A stretch of 64,000 nt of DNA, taken from positions 28,478 to 92,477 of the forward strand of contig NZ_JASGDQ010000086.1 of the NCBI RefSeq assembly GCF_047607185.1, written 5' to 3'. Of the stretch, positions 50,509-59,254 are shown one piece after another (the stretch's first letter is position 1; the number at the start of each line of letters is the position of its first letter). A program made the translations under genes and the position numbers. The DNA is from Nocardioides sp. (GTDB taxonomy: Bacteria; Actinomycetota; Actinomycetes; Propionibacteriales; Nocardioidaceae). The notes under the pieces are model-generated. The model worked only from the letters and a program-made list of their open reading frames with translations, was not told where the DNA came from and did no database searches.

Positions 50509-51327
50509 TCAGGACAGGAAGTCGGAGATGGCCGGGACGATCCGGTCGGGCTCCAGCAGCGGGTCGAGGTGGCCGCCGCGATAGACGTGGAGCCGGGCCC
50601 GAGGGATGAGCGTGGCCATGATCCGGGCGTTGACCAGCGGGATGATCGGGTCGTCGTCGCCGGCCAGGATCAGCGTCCGCTGCGCGATCGTGGGCAGCCA
50701 CGGCAGGCTGGTCCAGACCGCCCCGGCGAGGAGTTGGTAGGCGTAGCCACGCCGCGATCCGCCGTGCAGGTGCCGGTAGAGGCCGCCGACGTCGTCGCTG
50801 TGCTGGCGGGCGCTGCCGCCGTAGAGCCGGGCCGCGATCCCGGCCGCGTAGGAGGCGTCGCGGAACCGCCGCGGCGAGAGCATCGTGGCCAGCACCTCCG
50901 GCCGGCCGGGCACCATCATCGCTCCGGTGCCGGTGGCGAGGAGCACCAGTCGTCGTACCCGGGCGCGGTGCTGCCAGGCGATCTGCTGGGCGAGCCCGCC
51001 ACCCCAGGAGTAGCCCAGCACGTCGTAGCGGGAGTGTCCCAGCCGGCGCATCAGCGCGTCGGCGAGACAGCCGATCTGCTGGAAGGTGTAGGGCAGCGCG
51101 GGGGTCGGCGAGCGGCCGACGCCGGGCACGTCGAAGCGGACCACCGGGATCGCCGCGTCCAGGGTGTCGACCACCGGCTGCAGCGCCTCCTGGCTGGCGC
51201 CGATCCCGCAGCACATCAGCAGCGGGACGCGGTCGGGCGATCCCTCCCGTATCCGGGCGAGGACGGTACGGCGCCCCAGCCGGAGCACCCGCTCCTCCTC
51301 GGCCGGGGAAGGCGGTGGCGTCGTCAT
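50509..51327 (-). CDS. phaZ: Poly(3-hydroxyalkanoate) depolymerase-like alpha/beta hydrolase
   Basis: GIGAS, FDVPGVG.SP, GYSWGG nucleophile elbow, GDDDPIIP, GGH; similar to Pseudomonas-type intracellular PhaZ. Confidence 0.82.
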   Translation of the reverse strand: MTTPPPSPAEEERVLRLGRRTVLARIREGSPDRVPLLMCCGIGASQEALQPVVDTLDAAIPVVRFDVPGVGRSPTPALPYTFQQIGCLADALMRRLGHSRYDVLGYSWGGGLAQQIAWQHRARVRRLVLLATGTGAMMVPGRPEVLATMLSPRRFRDASYAAGIAARLYGGSARQHSDDVGGLYRHLHGGSRRGYAYQLLAGAVWTSLPWLPTIAQRTLILAGDDDPIIPLVNARIMATLIPRARLHVYRGGHLDPLLEPDRIVPAISDFLS

Positions 51328-53129
51328 CAGGTGTCGCGGACGTAGCTGCCGGGGGCGGGCGCCAGCGGATAGAGGCCGCCGCCGCCCAGCGCCCCGGGCG
51401 CGTCGACGAGGTCGCCGCCGCGCTCGGCGAGGAAGGCGGCGTGGTCGGGCCACCAGGAGCCCTGCCGGGGGTCGGCGGTGGCCAGCCATTGCTCCGGGTC
51501 GGCCGGGTGGTCGCCCTGCTCCGGGGTGACGTGGAAGCTCGCCTTGGGGTTGCCGGGCGGGTTGACCATCGAGGCGACGTGGCCACTGCTGGAGAGCACG
51601 AAGCGGACCTCGCCGCCGAGCAGCCGGGTGGTGCGATAGCAGGACTGCCAGGGCGAGATGTGGTCGGCGATCCCGGCGACGACGTACGTCGGCACCGTCA
51701 CCTCGCGCAGGTCGACCGGGCTGCCCAGCATGGTGGCCGCGCCGGGGACGGTCAGCGAGTTGCCCAGCGCGACGGTGACGAAGTCGCGGTGCAGCCCGGC
51801 GGCCATCCTGGTGGTGTCGGCGTTCCAGTAGAGGACGTCGAAGGCGGCGGGCTTGCGGCCCTGCAGGTAGTTGTTGACCCAGTAGCTCCAGATCAGGTCG
51901 TTGGGCCGCAGCCAGGCGAAGACCTCGGCCAGGGCGCGGCCGTCGAGATATCCCTTGGCCTGGGACTTGGCGACGGCGGCGCGAGCGACCCGCTCGTCGG
52001 CGAGGGCCATGGTGGTGCCGGCCTTGCTGTTGTCGATCACCGAGACCGCCAGTCCGAGGCTGGCGATCCGGTCGAGTCGGCCCAGCCGCGCCAGATGCGC
52101 CAGCGTCATCACGGTGAGCATTCCCCCCGAGCAGATGCTCATGACATGCGTCCGGTCGGCGCCGGTGACGCGGGTGGTGGCGTCGAGTGCGTCGAGGATC
52201 GCCTGGCCGTAGGTGTCGAAGTCCCACTCGCGGTGCCGGGCGTCGGGGTTGCGCCACGAGATCGCGAAGACCTGGTGACCCTGCTCCAGGTAGTGCTCGA
52301 CCATGCTGCGACCGGGGGCGAGATCGACGACGTAGTACTTGTTGATCACCGGCGGCACCATCAGCAGCGGCACCTGGCGGACCTGCTCGGTCCGGGGCGC
52401 GTACTGGATGAGCTCGAAGACCTCGGTCCGCAGCACCACCGCGCCGGGGGTGGCCGCCAGCGACTCCCCGACGGCGAAGGCGCCGCGCTCGACCATCCGG
52501 GGCACCCGGGGGGCGGTGGCCAGGTCCTCGACCAGGTTGCGGACCCCGGAGACGACATTGCCGCCGCCGGTGTCGATCACCGCCCGCCAGAAGGCCGGGC
52601 TGATCAGCGGCATATTGCTGGGGGCCAGCAGGTCGAGGACGTTGTCGACGGCGAAGTCGACCTTCTCCCGGTCCCGCCACTCCAGGTCGACGTCGGCGGC
52701 CAGGCTCTGGAGCGTCTCGGCCGAGGCGAGGTAGGCCTGCAGCACCCGGCGCAGCCAGGGGTTCTGGCTCCAACCGGGGTCGGTGAACCGGCGGTCCCGG
52801 CCGGAGGGCGCGCGGGTGGCGGTGCCCAGCCCGATCGCGACCAGCTCGGCGGCGAGGTCGGCGCTGCGACGGACCAGGGTGCCGGGCTGGCGGGCCAGCC
52901 CGGCGCCGAGCCGTCCCCAGGTGCGCAGCGAGAGCATCCGGGCCACCGGCCCCGCCGCGGCCGAGGTGAGGACCAGGTCGAGCGGCGTCGCCAGCTCGTC
53001 CGGGTCGGTCGTGGTCGTGGTGTCGATGGCTGTGCTCCTTCGCTCCTGGCCAGTCTTCGGCGGCGCGGAGGCGTGGCGACACGGACCGAGACGACAACAT
53101 CGACGAGCGATTTTGGTCCACGGAGACAA
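51327..53129 (-). CDS. phaC: PHA synthase (class I/II-like alpha/beta hydrolase)
   Basis: VPPVINKYYVVDL, SWRNPD, SICSGG (catalytic Cys), DVLYWNAD, DHISPW, SSGH. Start ambiguous (GTG 53129 or ATC 53027). Confidence 0.9.
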   Translation of the reverse strand: MSPWTKIARRCCRLGPCRHASAPPKTGQERRSTAIDTTTTTDPDELATPLDLVLTSAAAGPVARMLSLRTWGRLGAGLARQPGTLVRRSADLAAELVAIGLGTATRAPSGRDRRFTDPGWSQNPWLRRVLQAYLASAETLQSLAADVDLEWRDREKVDFAVDNVLDLLAPSNMPLISPAFWRAVIDTGGGNVVSGVRNLVEDLATAPRVPRMVERGAFAVGESLAATPGAVVLRTEVFELIQYAPRTEQVRQVPLLMVPPVINKYYVVDLAPGRSMVEHYLEQGHQVFAISWRNPDARHREWDFDTYGQAILDALDATTRVTGADRTHVMSICSGGMLTVMTLAHLARLGRLDRIASLGLAVSVIDNSKAGTTMALADERVARAAVAKSQAKGYLDGRALAEVFAWLRPNDLIWSYWVNNYLQGRKPAAFDVLYWNADTTRMAAGLHRDFVTVALGNSLTVPGAATMLGSPVDLREVTVPTYVVAGIADHISPWQSCYRTTRLLGGEVRFVLSSSGHVASMVNPPGNPKASFHVTPEQGDHPADPEQWLATADPRQGSWWPDHAAFLAERGGDLVDAPGALGGGGLYPLAPAPGSYVRDT

Positions 53130-53138
53130 ACAACCGGG

Positions 53139-54395
53139 TCAGTCGGCGAGCACCGCCGTGCCGAACCACTTGCAGGCCAGCAGCGCGAGCTCGAGATCGA
53201 GCCGGTCCTCGTCGACCGGTCTGCCGCGGGCCTCGATCGCCTTGTGGACCCGATACTTGACGGTGTTCTTGTGGAGGTGGAGCCGCTCGGCGGTGGTGAC
53301 ATAGCTGCCGTTCTCCTCCACCAGGGCGAGCAGCGTCTCGCGCAGCCGCGCCGCCGTCGCCGTGTCGGCCGCGAGGTCGCCCAGCGCTCTCGTCACCAGT
53401 CGGCGGGCGCTCGGGAGGTCGGCCGCCAGCAGTGCGGCGGCGCGGACGCCGTAGTCGTCGTACGACGTGACGGGCGGGGCGAGGTCGCCGGCGATGGCCG
53501 CCACCTGCCGGGCCTGGGCCGCCTCCCGCTGGGTCACCCGGAACCCGTCGATGCCGGCGCCGAGGCTGCCCACCGCGACGCGGACCGTCGGCCGGGCGCG
53601 CAGCGCCTCGCCCAGCGCCGCCATCGGTACGACGGCAGGCTCCCGTCCGATCGGCAGCCAGCCGAAGGCGGAGGTGGCGTCCTGCGGCCACAGCAGCGGC
53701 GTGCCGGCGCCGACGGCATGGGCGAGCCGGCCGAGCACCGACTCGAACAGCCCGGGCTCCGGGCGCTGCTGCGCGGGGTCGGCCGTCCAGAGCACCATCC
53801 CCAGATGCCGCTGCCGCAGCCGGTAGCCCAGCACCCGCTCGGCGGTGTCGATCTCGACGCTCTCCCCCGCCACCAGCCGGGTCAGCACGTCGGCGCGGGC
53901 CCGGTCGCGGTGGGCCAGCCAGCGCTCGCGCTCGGTGTCGTACTCGGCGATCACCTGCTCGGAGATCGAGTCGATATAGCCCGACGTGGTACGGATCAGC
54001 TCCCCGACGGTGGCCAGCGGCACCGGCCGCCCCGTCGGCGCGACGATGTCGCGCTCCCACTCCTCCAGCGCCCACTCCACCAGCCGGCGCTGGCCCAGCC
54101 GGTAGGCCCGCACCAGGGCGGTGACCGAGACGCCGTGCTGGGCGAGCCGGCGGGCATACTCCCGGGCACCCAGCGGGGTGGGCACCTGATCCGGCTCGAT
54201 CTGGTAGCTGAACACCTGCACCAGCGCCGCCAGGTTGCTCTGGATGCTGACCCGGAGGAGCTCGACCAACCCATGGTCGCCGCGCAGCTCGACGATGCGC
54301 TCGATCATCTCCTCGTGCATCGCCTCGGTCAGCTCGGGCAGCACCCGCTCCAGCTCACCGCCGAGCGCGACCATCGTCTCGTTCGCCTCGACCAC
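53139..54395 (-). CDS. PucR/CdaR-family transcriptional activator
   Basis: YARRLAQ..LVRAYRLGQ N-terminal region, GGDEF-like middle, C-terminal TAERLHLHKNTVKYR HTH; AGGAG RBS before GTG 54395. Confidence 0.9.
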   Translation of the reverse strand: MVEANETMVALGGELERVLPELTEAMHEEMIERIVELRGDHGLVELLRVSIQSNLAALVQVFSYQIEPDQVPTPLGAREYARRLAQHGVSVTALVRAYRLGQRRLVEWALEEWERDIVAPTGRPVPLATVGELIRTTSGYIDSISEQVIAEYDTERERWLAHRDRARADVLTRLVAGESVEIDTAERVLGYRLRQRHLGMVLWTADPAQQRPEPGLFESVLGRLAHAVGAGTPLLWPQDATSAFGWLPIGREPAVVPMAALGEALRARPTVRVAVGSLGAGIDGFRVTQREAAQARQVAAIAGDLAPPVTSYDDYGVRAAALLAADLPSARRLVTRALGDLAADTATAARLRETLLALVEENGSYVTTAERLHLHKNTVKYRVHKAIEARGRPVDEDRLDLELALLACKWFGTAVLAD

Positions 54396-54463
54396 CCGAC
54401 ACGCTCCTGTCCTGTGCCGCGGCTGCCCGGGACGACGACCCGGGCCAACGCGGTCGAGAAACA

Positions 54464-54480
54464 TTGTCCTCCGGGGACAG
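54464..54480. promoter_or_regulatory. Candidate PucR-type operator in the divergent intergenic region
   Basis: TTGTCC-TCCGG-GGACAG palindrome; a related site TTGGTC-CACGG-AGACAA lies at 53113-53129 upstream of phaC. Confidence 0.5.
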
Positions 54481-54550
54481 TGATCCCCGCCACACCCATT
54501 TCCTAGCGTGCTCGACAACCGCCCTTTCGTCCGAGTGCCGAGGAGTTCCC

Positions 54551-56029
54551 ATGAGCCACCAGTCCGCGCTGGCGCATCTGCCTTGGAACAGCCCCGCCGC
54601 GGCCGAGGCCCGTGACTGCGTCGGCGACGACCGGCACACGCTGACCTTCGGCGAGTTCGCCCGGCGGGTCGAGGCGGCCGCCGAGCAGCTCGCCGAGTAC
54701 GGCGTCGGACCCGGCGGGGCGGTGGCGGTGATGCTGCCGAACCGGGTCGAGCTGCTGGTCGGGCTGGCGGCCGCCTGGCGCCTCGGGGCCGCCGCGACGC
54801 CGATCAACCCGACCTTCACCGCCCGCGAGGCCGAGTACCAGATCGAGGACTCCGGCGCCGTCGTGGTCCTCGGCGACAACCCGGGCACCCACAGCGCCGG
54901 CCGGCCGCTGCTGCTGGCCGACGAGCTGCGCCGCGAGCCCGCCGGCACGCTGCCGCCGCCGGCCACCACCGGAGACGAGATCGCCCTCCTCATCTACACC
55001 AGCGGCTCCACCGGCCGGCCCAAGGGCGTCATGCTCAGCCACGCCAACCTCGACGCGATGAGCTCGATGATCGTGGAGCGGATGCTGCTCGGTCCCGAGG
55101 ACCGCTGCCTGCTGTTCCTGCCGCTATTCCACGTCAACGCACTGCTGGTCAGCTTCCTGGCGCCGTTCCGGGTCGGGGCGCAGACCCGGGTGATGGGCCG
55201 GTTCTCGGTGGCCGGCTTCTTCGCGGCACTGACGGACTTCCGGCCGACGTACTTCTCGGCGGTGCCCACGATCTACTCGATGCTGGTCTCCCAGCCGGTC
55301 GACGGCGACTTCTCCTCGGTGCGCTTCGGCGTCTGCGGTGCGGCACCGGCCTCGGCGGAGCTGCTGACCGCCACCCAGGAGCGGTTCGGCTTCGGTCTGG
55401 TCGAGGGCTACGGGCTGACCGAGGGCTGCTGCGCCTCCTGCGTCAACCCGGTCGACGGCGTCCGCAAGCTGGGCACGGTCGGCCCGGCGCTGCCCGGGCA
55501 GCGGGTGGAGGTGATGGCGCCGGACGGCACCATCCTGCCGCCCGGCGAGCGCGGCGAGGTGGTGATCCAGGGCCCGAACGTGATGGTCGGCTATCTCAAC
55601 CGCCCCGAGGCGACCGCCGAGACGCTGCGCGAGGGCTGGCTGCACACCGGGGACGTCGGGATCCTCGACGAGGACGGCTACCTGCGCATCGTCGACCGGA
55701 TCAAGGACATGATCATCCGGGGCGGGGAGAACATCTACCCCAAGGAGATCGAGACCGTCCTCCACGGCCACCCCGGCGTCCTCGAGGCCGCCGTCGTCGG
55801 CCAGCCCGACGAGACGTACGGCGAGGTGGTGGTCGCCTACGTCGCCGGCTACCCCGACGCCGAGCTGCGGGTCGAGGACCTGCTCGAGACCTGCCGCGCC
55901 AACCTCACCAAGGTCAAGGTGCCGGCCGCGATCCACCTGGTCGACGCGCTGCCCAAGAACCCCGTCGGGAAGGTCGACAAGCCCACCCTGCGCAGCCGCC
56001 TGGCCGCGCCCTCTCAGACATCCGCCTAG
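54551..56029 (+). CDS. Acyl-CoA synthetase (AMP-binding, FadD-like)
   Basis: IYTSGSTGRPKG, EGYGLTE, TGD, DRIKDMIIRGGENIYP, GKVDK. Confidence 0.95.
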   Translation: MSHQSALAHLPWNSPAAAEARDCVGDDRHTLTFGEFARRVEAAAEQLAEYGVGPGGAVAVMLPNRVELLVGLAAAWRLGAAATPINPTFTAREAEYQIEDSGAVVVLGDNPGTHSAGRPLLLADELRREPAGTLPPPATTGDEIALLIYTSGSTGRPKGVMLSHANLDAMSSMIVERMLLGPEDRCLLFLPLFHVNALLVSFLAPFRVGAQTRVMGRFSVAGFFAALTDFRPTYFSAVPTIYSMLVSQPVDGDFSSVRFGVCGAAPASAELLTATQERFGFGLVEGYGLTEGCCASCVNPVDGVRKLGTVGPALPGQRVEVMAPDGTILPPGERGEVVIQGPNVMVGYLNRPEATAETLREGWLHTGDVGILDEDGYLRIVDRIKDMIIRGGENIYPKEIETVLHGHPGVLEAAVVGQPDETYGEVVVAYVAGYPDAELRVEDLLETCRANLTKVKVPAAIHLVDALPKNPVGKVDKPTLRSRLAAPSQTSA

Positions 56030-56045
56030 ACAGGAGTCATCGAAG

Positions 56046-57830
56046 ATGCCTTTCAAGACACCGGTGGTGCCGCAGGTCGATCCTGCGGAGTTCCTCGCCC
56101 GTCCTCACCAGGAGCGGCTCCGCTTCCTGGCCACCTTCTGGGCGGAGAACGGCTTCGGCACGCCGAAGATGGTGCACACCATCTACATCGTGAAGCTGAT
56201 CGTCCTCTACATCGGCGGCGGCGTGGCGCTGGCCACGCTCACCTCCGGCTTCGGGATGTTCGCCATCTCCGACTGGTGGGACCAGGCGATCGTCTACCAG
56301 AAGCTGGTGATGTGGACGCTCTTCCTGGAGCTGTTCGGGATCGGCGGCACCTGGGGGCCGCTGGCCGCCCACTTCAAGCCGATGACCGGCGGCATCGCCT
56401 ACTGGGCCAGGCCGAACACCATCCGGCTGCCACCGTGGCCGCGGGTGGTGCCGCTGACCCGGGGCGACAACCGCAGCGTCCTCGACGTGGTGCTCTACCT
56501 CGCCTGCCTGGTCGGCTTCGCCTTCCCCATCTTCGGCCCCACGACCGAGGTCGACGGCCAGAAGATGCTGAGCCCGACGGCACTCGTCGTCAGCGTGGCC
56601 CTGCTGATCCTGTGCGGCCTACGGGACAAGATCCTGTTCCTGGCGGCGCGCGGGGAGCAGCACCTGCCGATCCTGGTGATCTCGATCCTGGCCGGCTACG
56701 GCGTCTTCACCTTCGTCGACTTCATCGTCGCGGCGAAGCTCGTCATGGTGGTGATCTGGGTGGGCGCCGCGGTCTCGAAGATGAACCTGCACTTCGAGAA
56801 CGTCGTACCGCCGATGGTGTCGAACGCGCCCTTCGTGCCGACCTTCCTGAAGAAGGCGCACTACCGCTCGATCCCCGACGACCTCAAACCGTCCCGGCTC
56901 GCCTGGTTCATGGCGCACATCATGGGCACCCTCGCCGAGCTCGCCGTGCCGCTGGTGATGCTGCTGAGCCCCTGGCCGTGGCTGACGATCGTGGCGGTGG
57001 GCTGCATGGTGCTCTTCCACCTGTTCATCACCCAGACCTTCCCGCTGGCGGTGCCGCTGGAGTGGAACATCCTGTTCGCCTATGTCGCGGTCTTCCTGTT
57101 CGCGGGGCACCAGGCGCACGACGGCTACGGCGTCGCGGACTTCAGCCAGGCCTGGATGCTCCCGGTGGTCGTCGTCCTGCTGCTGGTCTTCCCGGTGCTG
57201 GGCAACCTGCGCCCCGACCTGGTCTCCTTCCTGCCCTCCATGCGGCAGTACGCCGGCAACTGGGCCTCGGCGACCTGGGCCTTCAAGCCGGGCGCGGAGG
57301 CTCGCCTCAACGAGCTGACCAAGGGCGCGGACAACCAGATCGACCAGCTGATCGGCGGCATGGGCTACCCGCCGGACGTCGCCGAGATGACGCTGCAGCT
57401 GACCATCGGCTGGCGGTCGATGCACAGCCAGGGGCGCGGGCTGTTCTCGGTGCTGCAGAACTACCTGGGCGAGGAGTACGACGGCTACTCACTGCGCGAG
57501 GCGGAGTTCTGTTGCAATAGCGTCATCGGCTGGAACTTCGGCGACGGCCATCTGCACGACGACCAGCTCATCGAGGCGATCCAGCGGCGGCTGCACTTCC
57601 AGCCCGGCGAGTTCGTGGTGGTGTGGGTCGAGTCGCAGCCGATCCACAAGAAGTATCAGGAGTACTACGTGATGGACGCGGCCCTCGGCATCGTCGAGCG
57701 CGGCCGGTGGAACGTCAGGGACGCGGTCGACGCGCAGCCGTGGCTGCCCGACGGCCCCATCCCGGTCGAGGTGACCTGGCGAGCGGACACCGGTCGCAGC
57801 GCCGGGCGGCATACGGTGGTCCCCTCCTGA
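56046..57830 (+). CDS. DUF3556-like polytopic membrane protein
   Basis: Many TM segments with WAENGFGTP, FPLAVPLEWN, SMRQYAGNW, GWNFGDGHLH blocks recalled for DUF3556; family call from memory. Confidence 0.75.
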   Translation: MPFKTPVVPQVDPAEFLARPHQERLRFLATFWAENGFGTPKMVHTIYIVKLIVLYIGGGVALATLTSGFGMFAISDWWDQAIVYQKLVMWTLFLELFGIGGTWGPLAAHFKPMTGGIAYWARPNTIRLPPWPRVVPLTRGDNRSVLDVVLYLACLVGFAFPIFGPTTEVDGQKMLSPTALVVSVALLILCGLRDKILFLAARGEQHLPILVISILAGYGVFTFVDFIVAAKLVMVVIWVGAAVSKMNLHFENVVPPMVSNAPFVPTFLKKAHYRSIPDDLKPSRLAWFMAHIMGTLAELAVPLVMLLSPWPWLTIVAVGCMVLFHLFITQTFPLAVPLEWNILFAYVAVFLFAGHQAHDGYGVADFSQAWMLPVVVVLLLVFPVLGNLRPDLVSFLPSMRQYAGNWASATWAFKPGAEARLNELTKGADNQIDQLIGGMGYPPDVAEMTLQLTIGWRSMHSQGRGLFSVLQNYLGEEYDGYSLREAEFCCNSVIGWNFGDGHLHDDQLIEAIQRRLHFQPGEFVVVWVESQPIHKKYQEYYVMDAALGIVERGRWNVRDAVDAQPWLPDGPIPVEVTWRADTGRSAGRHTVVPS

Positions 57831-59245
57831 TGAGCACCGCCACGGTGGTCGGCAGCGGGCCCAACGGGCTCGCTGCCGCCCTCACCCTGGCCGCCGCCGG
57901 GCTCCGGGTCACCGTGATCGAGGCGGCCGGCACCCTCGGCGGCGGCACCCGCTCCAGCGAGCTCACCCTGCCGGGGCTGATCCACGACGAGTGCTCCGGG
58001 CTGCACCCGCTAGGACCCGCCTCGCCGTTCGCGCAGCGGTTCGACCTCGCCGGGGCCGGGCTGCGGTGGCGCTGGGCCGAGCACGAGTACGCCCACCCGC
58101 TCGAGGACGGCCGGGGTGCGGTGGCGGAGCGCTCGGTCGCCGCCACCGCCGCCGCGCTCGGTGCCGGCGGTCGGGGCTGGCGGCAGGTCTTCGGGGCACT
58201 GGACGACCGGTTCGACACCATCGGCCCGGAGTTCATGCAGCCGATCCTGCATGTCCCCCACCACCCGGTTCACCTGGCGCGCTTCGGCCTCTACTCCGGC
58301 CTGCCCGCCACCGTGCTGGCCCGGCGGTTCCGCTCCCCGGAGGCGGCCGCGCTGTTCATCGGCGTCGCCGCGCACGCCTTCCGGCCACTGAACACGCTCG
58401 CCTCCTCGGCGATCGGCGTCGCGCTGGGCACCGCCGCCCACCACTACGGCTGGCCGGCGGCCGAGGGCGGCTCGGTGGCGATCCGGGACGCGGTGCTCAA
58501 GCGGTGCGCCGAGCACGGCGTGCAGTTCGAGACCGGTCGCCGGGTGGGCTCCCTCGAGGAGCTGGGCGAACAGGACGTCGTCATGCTCGACACCACCCCG
58601 CGGGCGGCCGTGGAGATCCTGGGCGACCGGCTGCCCGGCCGGGTACGTCGCGCCTACACCCGCTTCCGGCACGGACCGGGCACCTTCAAGGTCGACTTCG
58701 CGGTCGAGGGCGGGGTGCCCTGGAGGCACGAGCCGTCCCGCTCGGCCAGCACCGTCCACGTCACCGGCTCGGTCGCCGAGACGGTGGCCGCGGAGAAGGC
58801 GGTCAGCGCCGGCCGGATGCCCGAGCACCCCTTCATCCTGGTCGGGCAGCAGTACGTCGCCGACCCCACCCGCTCCAACGGCGACCTCCACCCGCTCTAC
58901 TCCTACGCCCACGTGCCCGCCGGCTACCAGGGCGACGCGACCCAGGCGATCATCGACCGGATCGAGCACTTCGCCCCCGGCTTCCGCGACCGGATCCGGG
59001 CCACCGCGGTACGCACCACGACCGAGACCGCCCGCTACAACGAGAACTACGTCGGCGGCGATGTCACTACCGGCGCCAACGACGCGCTCCAGCTCGTCTT
59101 CCGGCCACGCGCCACCGTCCACCCCTACGACACCGGCGTGCCCGGGGTCTACCTGTGCTCGGCGGCGACCCCACCCGGCGCCGGGGCACACGGGATGTGC
59201 GGCTACAACGCGGCCGAGCGGGCGCTGGCGAGGCTCGCCCGCTGA
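57830..59245 (+). CDS. Phytoene desaturase-like FAD oxidoreductase
   Basis: VVGSGPNGL, GGG.RS, HD.CS, LCSAATPPGAGAHGMCG; TGATG overlap with the upstream gene. Confidence 0.9.
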   Translation: MSTATVVGSGPNGLAAALTLAAAGLRVTVIEAAGTLGGGTRSSELTLPGLIHDECSGLHPLGPASPFAQRFDLAGAGLRWRWAEHEYAHPLEDGRGAVAERSVAATAAALGAGGRGWRQVFGALDDRFDTIGPEFMQPILHVPHHPVHLARFGLYSGLPATVLARRFRSPEAAALFIGVAAHAFRPLNTLASSAIGVALGTAAHHYGWPAAEGGSVAIRDAVLKRCAEHGVQFETGRRVGSLEELGEQDVVMLDTTPRAAVEILGDRLPGRVRRAYTRFRHGPGTFKVDFAVEGGVPWRHEPSRSASTVHVTGSVAETVAAEKAVSAGRMPEHPFILVGQQYVADPTRSNGDLHPLYSYAHVPAGYQGDATQAIIDRIEHFAPGFRDRIRATAVRTTTETARYNENYVGGDVTTGANDALQLVFRPRATVHPYDTGVPGVYLCSAATPPGAGAHGMCGYNAAERALARLAR

Positions 59246-59254
59246 GCCTGGCGA

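Noticed and set aside
50509-54075. 1188-aa ORF suggesting a large fusion ending in PhaZ
   Set aside because: Only the last 272 codons (from ATG 51327) are protein-like; the rest is an off-frame read of phaC and the PucR gene.
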